Shown here: piece by piece, positions 1 to 9,243 of the stretch | Numbering within the stretch: the stretch's first letter is position 1 | Layout: the number at the start of each line of letters is the position of its first letter | NCBI GenBank assembly: GCA_001275005.1 | Contig: JWZX01003156.1 | Location: 1-41,970 of the forward strand | Length of the DNA: 41,970 nt | From: Chrysochromulina tobinii | Lineage: Eukaryota | Direction: 5' to 3' | Position numbers and translations under genes: made by a program | The notes under the pieces: generated by a model | Seen by the model: only the letters and a program-made list of their open reading frames with translations | Databases searched by the model: none | Told to the model about the DNA's origin: nothing

Positions 1-135
1 GCCCAAGGCAACGCACGCGTGAGCGTGTGCACTCACTCCCCCACCCTTCTCCAAGCTATTTGTACTTGAGCACCGGTTGTCGCGTCTGTCGTGTTAACGT
101 TCACACGTTGAATACGCTGCTGTGAACCCGCAACC

Positions 136-2424
136 ATGGCGCGTCGCGACCCAAGTGTCGAAGAAGCCGAGAGGCAGCTGCGCATGCTACTCAGAATCGG
201 TGGCGGCAGCGACGCCCTTCCGATGCAGCAGCTCGCCACGGCAGCCGTGCTGCAAACGGCTGCTCTGCCCAATTCGTCCTCCGGGCTCCCCTCTGCCTTT
301 GAGCAACTGATGCTAGGCGGCGACCGCCGCCCGCTTCCGGGCATGCCCGGCAACGGATTGAATATGCCGCTCCCAGGGATGCATTCTCAGCCTTTCGGTG
401 GTGCGCCCGCGCCGCTGCCCACGGCTCCCGTCGGCACCAGCCCGTTTGCTGCAGGTGGCACTGCGATGCCGTATCCCCTTCCGCACGTTTCGCCGGTTTC
501 GCACCCGGCCATGGCCCCTGCGCCAGTTTCGCGACCTCCCGGCCTGCCGCCGGGTCTCGGCTTGGGCTCGGCGCCTGGGCGAGATCCGCTCGTCGCGCCG
601 CCGCCGCCGCTCCCCGGGGCGGCACCGCTGCCTGACGCGCTGCTCGAACAACTGCTCGGTGGTGCGCCTGCCGGGCAGCGGCAGCGCATGCCGCCACTGC
701 CCACGGATCAGAGTCGATTCTTCCCTTCCACCCCACCGCCGGCGCCAGCGCCGCCGGCACCAGCGCCACAGGCGCCAGCAGGTGGGATCGAGGGCGGCGG
801 CTTGCCGACCGCGGACCAGGTGGTGGCGCAGTTCAAGCTGGCGATGGCCAATATGCAGCAGCTGCAGCAGGGCTACCCGCCGAGCGAGATGCGCTTCCAA
901 AAGGAGCGCGAGCTGCACGCGTACATGCAGCAGCTCGACGCCCTGCATGCACGACTCGTGTCGCAGCCGCAGCCGCAGCCGCAGCCGCAGCCGCAGCCGC
1001 AGCCGCAGCCGCAGCCGCAGCCGCAGCCGCAGCCGGAGGCCCCGCCGCCGCGGGCCCCGCCGCAGCAGCAGCGGTTGGAGCAGCTCGCCCCGCAAGCCGC
1101 GCCGTCGCCGGCAGGGCCCGCACCGGCACCCGACACGGCGGCGCCAAAGGAGCTGACGGCGCAGCAGCTCGAGCGGCAGCGGCAGCAGGCCCTGCAGCAG
1201 GCGATGCTTCGCGAGGAGCAGGCTGTCTTCCTGCTGCAGGTCCAGCAGCGGCAGCGCGCGCAGCACAGCCGGATGGCGGGGATGCCTCTCGAGCAACAGA
1301 TCGCGTTGCAGCGCGACCAGATCGGCGCGATGACTCTGCGCGAGTACCGCCCGAACTCGACTCGCTTCGCCAACAGAAAGATACGCACGGACTTCGTCGA
1401 GCAACTCACATTAGACGCGATGGCAGTGTACAGCAGCTTGCAGCCGCCCGCTGACGACCACGCGATGCGCCAAGCGCTGCACGAGCGGCTGCAGACGCTC
1501 GTGGCGAGCGTGGCGCCCAACGCGACGCTTCTCCAATTCGGTTCGTCGGTCTCCGGCCTCGCGTCCAAAGGAGCGGACCTCGACCTGACCCTGATGCCAA
1601 CGGACCCCAAACACCAAAACGAGGCGCTGCCGATTGAGGAGCAGGCGCAGCTCGTCGAGTTGATCGCGAAGGTGATGGAGGACAGTGGCCAGATGGCGGA
1701 GGTGCATGCGCGGCCAAAGGCGCGCGTGCCCATTGTTGCCCTCAAGGACTCGATCACTGGCCTCAAGTGCGACATCTGCATGTGCAACCAGCTCGCCGTG
1801 CTCAACTCGCGCCTGCTGCGCTGCTACATGCAGCTCGACCCGCGCGCCAAGCCGCTCGCCTTCTGCGTCAAGCACTGGGCCAAGCGACGCTCGGTCAACG
1901 ACCCGTACCACGGCAGCCCGTCGTCGTACGCTTGGGTTCTCCTCGTGATCCATTACCTGCAGACCACCTCGCCGCCTATCCTCCCTGTACTACAGGACCT
2001 CTTCTCGCATGCGGTGCCCTACGCGGATGCGGGCCTCGTGCGCACGCCCGACGGGCGCGAGTTCGACTGCTACTTTTACGACGACGTCGAGCGGCTGCGC
2101 GCCGCGATGGGCGCGCTCCCCGCCAACCCAGCCTCGCTCGGCCAGCTGCTCATCGGCTTCTTCCGCCGGTACGCGCGCGAGTTCGACTTCGTCAAGAGCG
2201 TCACCTCGATCCGCACCGGCGCCTTTTTGACCAAGCATGCCAAAAATTGGGACAAGAAAGAGGCGGGCTTCCGCGGCGACCGGCACCTCTTTTGCATGGA
2301 GGATCCCTTCGAGCTCACGCACGACCTCGGGCGCGTCATGGATCGTGACACCCTCCGCGACGTTCGCTCCGAAATCGAGCGCGCCGACAGCATGCTCTCG
2401 GAGCGCTCGAACTCCTGCTCGTGA
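136..2424 (+). CDS. Terminal uridylyltransferase (Cid1/URT1/TUT4-7-like non-canonical poly(A/U) polymerase) with long disordered Pro/Gln-rich N-terminus
   Basis: Pol-beta NTase motif FGSSVSGLASKGADLDL (GS...DxD), ARVPIV, third Asp in KCDIC, 'NSRLLRCY', 'VKHWAKRRSVNDPYHGSPSSYAWVLLVIHYLQ', PAP-associated nucleotide-recognition loop EDPFELTHDLG with His. The true 3' end may extend to 2557. Confidence 0.9.
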   Translation: MARRDPSVEEAERQLRMLLRIGGGSDALPMQQLATAAVLQTAALPNSSSGLPSAFEQLMLGGDRRPLPGMPGNGLNMPLPGMHSQPFGGAPAPLPTAPVGTSPFAAGGTAMPYPLPHVSPVSHPAMAPAPVSRPPGLPPGLGLGSAPGRDPLVAPPPPLPGAAPLPDALLEQLLGGAPAGQRQRMPPLPTDQSRFFPSTPPPAPAPPAPAPQAPAGGIEGGGLPTADQVVAQFKLAMANMQQLQQGYPPSEMRFQKERELHAYMQQLDALHARLVSQPQPQPQPQPQPQPQPQPQPQPQPEAPPPRAPPQQQRLEQLAPQAAPSPAGPAPAPDTAAPKELTAQQLERQRQQALQQAMLREEQAVFLLQVQQRQRAQHSRMAGMPLEQQIALQRDQIGAMTLREYRPNSTRFANRKIRTDFVEQLTLDAMAVYSSLQPPADDHAMRQALHERLQTLVASVAPNATLLQFGSSVSGLASKGADLDLTLMPTDPKHQNEALPIEEQAQLVELIAKVMEDSGQMAEVHARPKARVPIVALKDSITGLKCDICMCNQLAVLNSRLLRCYMQLDPRAKPLAFCVKHWAKRRSVNDPYHGSPSSYAWVLLVIHYLQTTSPPILPVLQDLFSHAVPYADAGLVRTPDGREFDCYFYDDVERLRAAMGALPANPASLGQLLIGFFRRYAREFDFVKSVTSIRTGAFLTKHAKNWDKKEAGFRGDRHLFCMEDPFELTHDLGRVMDRDTLRDVRSEIERADSMLSERSNSCS
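964..1035 (+). repeat. Perfect (CAGCCG)x12 coding repeat encoding a Gln-Pro tract
   Basis: 12 exact hexamer copies inside the TUTase N-terminal region. Confidence 0.95.
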
Positions 2425-2427
2425 CGG

Positions 2428-2473
2428 TGGCGGCGCTGGCGGCGCTGGCGGCGCTGGCGGCGCTGGCGGCGCT

Positions 2474-2503
<30 letters not shown>
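2428..2503 (+). repeat. (TGGCGGCGC)x5 followed by (CCG)x9
   Basis: Read directly, just downstream of the TUTase stop; encodes GGA repeats plus poly-Pro in the 2237..2557 frame. Confidence 0.9.
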
Positions 2504-2505
<2 letters not shown>

Positions 2506-3185
2506 CACTACCGCCGGTGCACAGTTCCCGCCGCTGCCTGGCTTCGCACCGCGCTGAAGGCGCAGTCGCGCAGGAAGTGAAACGCGCGGAAAGCTGGCGG
2601 TGTGGCGCCATCGCATACTCCATCATATCGCCGCTGGGCGACTGTGGAGGAGTTAACTTGGAGGACCAAGGTTGGGCGCGGGGACCGGTGACGACGCTCG
2701 ACCGCGGTCCGCCGCAATATTGCCGTGCCGTTGTCGAGCCGCGGGCCCGGGTCGGGCGCGCGGTGGTCCCGGATCCGCGGATGTCGATGTGCACGGCACC
2801 GTACCTGTACACGAACAACGACCAAGGTCCAAGCGTGAAGGTGAATAATAACGCCCTCGCGGGGCGGTGACCGGCTGACCGGCGGCGCTCCCGGACGCAG
2901 CGGACGGGCCCGGGGTCGCCACGATCCGCGCCCACGGTATTAATCGATTACCGCAAAAGCGTGTTATAAAGCGCACCACTCGTTGATAATGGTGCCCAAC
3001 GTGCAGATATAAATGATACTTGAGAGACGGAGCCGGGAGTCCGCGGACGAGGACGGGGCATCACGGGAGTCGGGGGGACGCCCAGCACGCGGCGCACTCA
3101 GAGACCCCACGACCGGACCGTTCCCTTACCCTACCCCGTTACAGAGACCGCCCACGACCGCCCCCCTTCCCGATCTTGCATCGCC

Positions 3186-3977
3186 TCAGGGGCAGCGCAC
3201 AAGCTCGAAGAGTTCACACGCCTCGCGCTTCATGACCTCAAGAGAGTGTGCTGGAAGCGGCCGCGCGTCCTCCTCCAAAGCAACCAGCAACCAGCCAGCG
3301 GCTCGGGCCACCGCAGCAAACTCTTGTGCGCGCCCCAGGCGATCAGTCATCGCGAGGAAGACGCGTGGTGGGGACTTATGGGCTACACACAAAGCGTTGA
3401 TCGTCGAGAGGAACGGCTCGAAGAGGACCGGCCAAAAGATGCAATCCGCGCCAATAACCATGTCCCACGCGGTGGTGGCGATCTTATGTGGTAACGACAC
3501 TGTCCAATCGAGTGAGGTGACTGTCACATGCGGCGTGGCGGCATTCAGCTTCACAAGTTGCTGAAGCCTGGGCAAGTTCTCATCGAGGTCAGTCAAACAC
3601 ACGTGTGCAGCACCAGCCAACCACGCTGCAAAGCCTGCAAGACCGCAACCGGCACCGAGCTCGAGAATAGCCTTGCCAGCGAGTGGTGGCGCATGATGCG
3701 AGTGAAGCCACTCACCAAGTCGCTGCGAGCATGGCCACACCTTGTATGCAGTCATCGCAGGCATGAAAGCGGTATTGAGCCCGGCCGGTTGGGGAGTCAG
3801 TGCTGCTACGGTGAGCGTCGATGAGCCAGTCATGGCGAAACACGTTGGTGGTGCAAGCGTTGGTGGGAGCACGCTAATACCCAGTGCACGCTGATGCTCG
3901 AATGCCGCAGCACCAGGCGGATATTCAGGTGGTGGAACAAACACTGTGCGATTCCCGAACCTGAAGCATCCCTGCAT
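3186..3977 (-). CDS. Methyltransferase family 16 (METTL21/EEF1AKMT-like protein-lysine methyltransferase)
   Basis: YKVWPCSQRL, motif I ILELGAGCGLAG, post-I VCLTDL, LDW, motif II MVIGADCIF (DxxY/F). ATG at 3977 (MQGCFRF) chosen over the upstream extension, which overlaps promoter repeats. Confidence 0.85.
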   Translation of the reverse strand: MQGCFRFGNRTVFVPPPEYPPGAAAFEHQRALGISVLPPTLAPPTCFAMTGSSTLTVAALTPQPAGLNTAFMPAMTAYKVWPCSQRLGEWLHSHHAPPLAGKAILELGAGCGLAGFAAWLAGAAHVCLTDLDENLPRLQQLVKLNAATPHVTVTSLDWTVSLPHKIATTAWDMVIGADCIFWPVLFEPFLSTINALCVAHKSPPRVFLAMTDRLGRAQEFAAVARAAGWLLVALEEDARPLPAHSLEVMKREACELFELVRCP

Positions 3978-3988
3978 TGACACGAATT

Positions 3989-4032
3989 TGTGTGGTGTGA
4001 AAGCGGTTCGTGTGTGGTGTGAAAGCGGTTCG
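3989..4032. repeat. Perfect 22-bp tandem duplication TGTGTGGTGTGAAAGCGGTTCG x2 in the divergent promoter
   Basis: Copies at 3989-4010 and 4011-4032. Confidence 0.9.
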
Positions 4033-4177
4033 GAATCCCTGGTGGACTTCCGGCTGGCGATTCCTGCGTGAACACCACAAAATTCCGCTAACCAAAGTGC
4101 ATTTTTTGCGCTTTTGCTTGGTGGTCGGCTTGCCGAACGTTTCGTCAAAATGAAATCGCCAAGTCGCGTCGACACAA

Positions 4178-6927
4178 ATGTCCTTCTACCGACGCGCGCG
4201 CGCAGGTTTGTCGCTGCTCGTCGGCTTGCTCGGCACTAGAGTCGAGGCGTTGCCATCGGACGCTGAAATCATCGTCGGTAACGTCCGCGTGCAGGCGCTG
4301 AGCGACACGCTCGTGCGCATCGAGCCCAGGGGTCCGAAAGGATTTGAGAATCGCACCACCTTCATGGTCGTAGACCGCGACTCGTGGGCGGGCATTGAGA
4401 TCACCAAGGAGGCGACTGTGAAAGTTGGCGACGCAACCATTATCACCACCCTGGCCACGGCCTCCTACAAGGTCATCCTCACGCAGGGGCCGCCATCGCC
4501 GCCGCCACCGCCGCCCACACCGTTCTCCATGTGGGGCTCACAACAACTTGACACAGACATAAGAGATGGGGAGAGGATCAAAAGCTGCCAAGACTACAGC
4601 AAGCCTTGCCTTACCAAGACTACGCAGGCAACATGCTGTAATGCCTGCTCCGCAACGCCAAATGCGGAATGCACAGCGTGGATCTGGCAGCCGTCGAACG
4701 GCGATTGCTGGCTCATGGCGTTTGTGTCTGGATCCGTACCTGCCGGTGACCGAGTCCTAGGCGGCAAGATCAATGAAGGTGGCGACACGAAAAAGCCCAT
4801 CGGTGTCTCAGCGACGATCACGGCGCCGGATGGCACCGTGCTCTTCTCGGCCGATGACCTGAATCACGTCAGCGGCAACCTGTTCTGGCCGTCCCCGATG
4901 ACGGCGGCGGGTGAAACCACGCCGTCCTATGGAATCAAGGATTACCCACGTTTCTTCACGCCGCCTTGGGCTGTGGCGCCCATCCCAGTCAACGCAACAG
5001 TCGACCCCGCGCTGGTCGCAACCAATGGTTACGACTTTACGAATAACCAGGCGGGCGATCTCTACGTCTTTCTGCTCGGAAAGAGCCTCGCCAGCTACCA
5101 CGCCAGCCGCAGAGAGTTTATTAGGCTCACCGGACCGTGCCCCGTACTGCCGGACTATGCGTTCGGAACGTGGTTCACATACTGGCACTCGTACTCGGAG
5201 AAGGAGGCCAAGGATGATATTTCGCGCTGGGAGAGTGGCAACCTGCCCATCGACGTGTGGGCCCTTGATATGAATTGGAGAAACACGTCGAGTGACAACC
5301 TCAATCCCGGCCAGAGCCCCTACCACCCGCATCCAGAAATTGGCTCTCAAGATCATTACTACGACCACCCGAACAGTAGCCTCTTCCCCGGCGATGGGCC
5401 TTTCGGCGACTCCTTCACGGAGTGGTTCGCATTCCTCAAGGGCAAGAAGCTGCGCACGTACTTCAACGATCATCCTTTCCCTGTGGCTATGCGCAACGAG
5501 GGCGGGTTACAGACGAGCCCCGAGGAGGTGGCCTTCCGTTGGCAAGGCCTGTCGTCATGGATGGAGAGGGGGCTCACTTACTGGTGGTTCGATCATAATT
5601 GGGGATTCTCGATCCCGCCGCCGTTCATCAACATCTCTGTCACCTCGGGCACCTGGGAGGGATTGGACAACGCCGCGTGGGGTTCGCACGTCTACTACTC
5701 TTCCGTGGAGTACTATGACAAGACTGTTCGCGACAAGGCGGGCGATCAGTGGTATGGAGGCAAACCGATGGCGCTCACGAAGTTTGGGTTGCCGGACTGG
5801 CGCGAAAACACCAACCCGACCGAGGCGGCCGAGTCCCCGGCACAGCATCGGTATCCAGTATGGTGGACTGGCGACGGTGTGCCGCTGCAGGGAGCTGTCC
5901 AATCGACGGTGGATTCGGGCGTGCACGGCTTCAAGACGTATGTCCACAGCGACTGCGGCGGCGATTACCGCCCTCACACGGGGGGCGATCTGCTGCGGTG
6001 GACCGCGCACTGCGCCTTCAGCACAATCCTCCGCTTCCACGGCGACGACCACCGCCCCTGGGGCTACGACACGCACACTGAAGACGTCATTCGCTCATAC
6101 CTCAACGCTCGGTACAAGCTGATCCCTTCGTTAATCGCAGCTGGTGAGCATGCCGCAACGACGGGGTATCCCTTCGTCACACGTTGCGACATGATCTGGC
6201 CAGAGCACAACGAAAGCGCCTCGAATAACCAGTACATCTTCCTGAACGACACGCTGGTCGCACCCATCTGGGACAGCGCTACAAACGCGACTGCGCAGTC
6301 GGTCTGGATCCCACCGGCACGTGGATGGATGCTTGGGATGGGTCGATCACGACTGGGCCGCAGAGAGTCACGGTGACGAAGCCGTACGAGCAGCAGCCGA
6401 TATGGCATTCGCACAACGGCGGGCTGACCATCATCACGGACTCTCCCGGGCTGCGTGTCGATCATCAGGACTGGAGCGAGAGCCTTACCCTCGAGCTGCG
6501 CCCCGACACTTCCTCCGATCGCCGCACGACTGAGCGCACACTGCACGCCAAGCCCGCCGGCGGCTCTCTCGTGGCGAAGAAGGAGACAACGGCCATCGTG
6601 ATGACTACCGACACTGTCGTGCAGCCTGGCCGCACCGCAGTGAGGCTTGCGATTGGCGGCGCGAGCGACGGCGCGCAACGCTCATGGGTTGTGCGAGTTC
6701 ACCTGCTCCCTGGGCAGCGTGCTGTCGACGCCACTGTCGATGGCGTGGCGGTTGGGGCCTCCGCACTGAAAGCGATGCATATTGCACCGCTCCCGGCGGG
6801 TTCGGACATCGCCTTCCCCTTTGGCGGGCGGGGCGCTGTGCCGCCGCCAGCTGCTGGACCGGTGCTTGAGCTGAGTCTCGCTGCCGGGGCATCTCCGCGG
6901 GATCTGGCGCTGTTCGTCATGAATTGA
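4178..6927 (+). CDS. Secreted glycoside hydrolase family 31 with inserted PAN/apple domain; one apparent 1-nt deletion near 6313-6316
   Basis: Signal-like N-terminus; LTGPCPVLPDYAFGTW, PIDVWALDMNW, nucleophile WWFDHN, HRYPVWWTGD acid/base, HSDCGG, LRFHG, RYKLIP, QYIFLNDTLVAPI. Adding one base gives VWIPPGTWMDAWDG and joins ORF 4178..6376 to ORF 6325..6927. Confidence 0.85.
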
Positions 6928-7665
6928 TTTGTCGTCCCAGCTTTATCAGGAACCAGCATAGAAACGTACTGGGAACAAGGGGAGCGGAGCCGTTCTTTGA
7001 GACGGTGGTGTGGTGAAAGTGTGGTGAGCGCGGGGGGGCCGCGATCCGCGACGAAACCGACTGACTGACTGGTGCTGGGAACAACAGGAGGTGGCGGAGG
7101 ATTTCTAACACGAACTCGGAAGTCGGAACTGTGGTTTCAGGAGGTGTTTGTCCAAGGTAGCGAAGGCCGAAGCAAGAGAAATCAGAAAAGAGGGGGTGGC
7201 ATGAACCATGCGCGTGGCGTCGCGGTTCCGTTACACACCGCGTTACGGCTTTTCTCTCTTGGAGTACCGATGGACCGGCTGGCCGGGTTACTTTTACTTT
7301 CCTTTTACTTTTACTTTGAACGAGTCGGAGTATGTACGCGGTAGCTTTGTTGTACGACAGCTTGACGTGACGAGCGAGCTGTTCGGTTGATTACCTAAAT
7401 GCTACGGCGAGAAGATATCGTATCGCTTTGACCAGCTCGACGTGCCGCACCGGGCACCGCGCAACCGGCCCATCGCACTCGTATCGCACGCGGACACTAC
7501 AGCTTCACTACAGCTGTATCGCACTCGTCGCAAGTTCGAAGTACAACAATCATGTAGCCAAGCCGCGCGGCCGGCGTCAAGCTCAAGGGGTCGACGTTAG
7601 GTCGGCGTCCACATAGCGTCCACACACCACTCACCACTGGTACCACACTCGTCGACACGACCTTT

Positions 7666-8547
7666 CTACCGTTGATCCTCCTTGGCATATCCTTGGCACG
7701 GCTCCCATCGCAAGTTGAGTTGCTTGGCACCCCCACGAATCTCACAAAGCTGGTCGAGCCGCGTCGCGTGCTTATGGGCAGCTTGGTTCGCGTACGCCAG
7801 GTACGGGCAAAGGCCATGCCGTGTTTTGAGTAGCCAGAAGGCGCCGCCTGCCGCCCCATTGACGAGCTCATGGCAACAAGCGCGGCTCTTGTCGAATTCG
7901 ATCAGCGCTCCGATGAAGATGCTGGAAGCTGACTCGTTGAGGACACGGCGCATCCCGCGAAAGGCTTCGCATTCGCCTCCTTCGATGTCCATCTTGAGAA
8001 AGGTAGGAAGCACACGGGGAGGAAGGACGTCGTCGACGCGCACAGCCATCGTTGTCACAAGCCCACGGCGCCAGCCTGTTGGGCGAGAGCGGAAGCTCCC
8101 GGCACTACTGCCAATGCTATGCAGGAGCGCACCCTGGTTGTCACGGTGCCCGCCCAGCTCACACGGTCCCGTGGTGTCGCTGACGCACAATGAAAAGACT
8201 CGCACGTTCCGAAAGCTGTTTGCGCGTGCCGAAGCAAGCAAGTGCACGACATTATCTGGGCTGGGCTCAAACACGACCACAGAATGGCCATCGGCTGCCG
8301 CTGCCAACGAGTAAAACCCAATGTTGCCGCCCAGGTCCAGCAACTCCGAATGAGGCCATCGCCGCATTACCCCAAGCATCCAAAGGACATCGTCGCACTC
8401 AAGTGCAAAACATCCTGTGGTCTGGATTGCTGCGGAGATCCAGCGATCGACTGCTTTCGGATAGGTGCACATCGTCCACGTCGCGGTGCCAGCTCGTGCG
8501 ATCGCCCACACGCAATTGGCGAGCGGCACGTGCGTGCCGTTCTTCAT
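7666..8547 (-). CDS. FkbM-family SAM-dependent methyltransferase
   Basis: LLDLGGNIGFYSL, VVVFEPSPDN, RVDDVL, FLKMDIEGGE, LIEF. First in-frame ATG at 8547; the 5' end is uncertain. Confidence 0.85.
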   Translation of the reverse strand: MKNGTHVPLANCVWAIARAGTATWTMCTYPKAVDRWISAAIQTTGCFALECDDVLWMLGVMRRWPHSELLDLGGNIGFYSLAAAADGHSVVVFEPSPDNVVHLLASARANSFRNVRVFSLCVSDTTGPCELGGHRDNQGALLHSIGSSAGSFRSRPTGWRRGLVTTMAVRVDDVLPPRVLPTFLKMDIEGGECEAFRGMRRVLNESASSIFIGALIEFDKSRACCHELVNGAAGGAFWLLKTRHGLCPYLAYANQAAHKHATRLDQLCEIRGGAKQLNLRWEPCQGYAKEDQR

Positions 8548-8660
8548 ATCGATCAACGTTCATGGAGACTCAAGCCGATTTCAATTATCGTTCCGGTCCG
8601 GACAGCGCCCGGCATACAAATTTAATTTGCATGCAATCCAATGAACGGGGATTCTACCAG

Positions 8661-9207
8661 CTACCACGGTGCAAGGCGCGCCCACAATGGGGTCTCGTCC
8701 ATTTTCCGACCTTCCTGTACGGGCTTGGGTGTCTCAATGTTCCGCTGATCTCCGGGCGCATCCGAAGCCGCCTCTGTCCGTCGTCGTACCTCTGTCCGCG
8801 GACTCTTTGGCTTGCGGCCCGCCGCTAACTCCACCGGTGGGCGGGGGGACAACAGCGCTTTGTCGGTGGACTCGACCGGTTTGGCTGGTTGCGGTCGGGG
8901 TTGCGGCTTTACGGGTTGTGGCTTGACGAGTATTTGCGCAGCGAGCGCCGCAGCCCGCTGCGCTGCGAGCACGGCAGCGAGCTCTCGCTCCACCTCACTC
9001 CCTCCGTTGTCGCGCAGCCCGATGGCGGGGACGTGCGCGACAGTACTGCCTACGTCCACGCCGCAAGTGAGAGGCCCATGCCATATCGGCACCGCCGTAC
9101 TCAGCATCGCGTTGGTCGGCACGAAGTGCCACTTGAGCTTTTTCCCTCGTGAGGCGAACGCGCCGCCCACTGTCTTGATGGCTGGGGCTTGTAGGGGGGG
9201 CGGAGGC

Positions 9208-9243
<36 letters not shown>

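Noticed and set aside
191..2616. Many long overlapping or antisense ORFs across the TUTase and other genes
   Set aside because: Shadow ORFs expected in high-GC coding DNA; Arg/Ala/Pro-rich with no motifs.
2560..3185. GC-rich intergenic stretch resembling 38720-39220 in short words (GTAC..GTACACG, GGATCCG)
   Set aside because: No alignable block, terminal repeats or transposase could be established by eye.
3989..4032. 22-bp direct repeat as a possible CRISPR repeat
   Set aside because: Only two abutting copies, no spacers, no cas genes, eukaryotic context.
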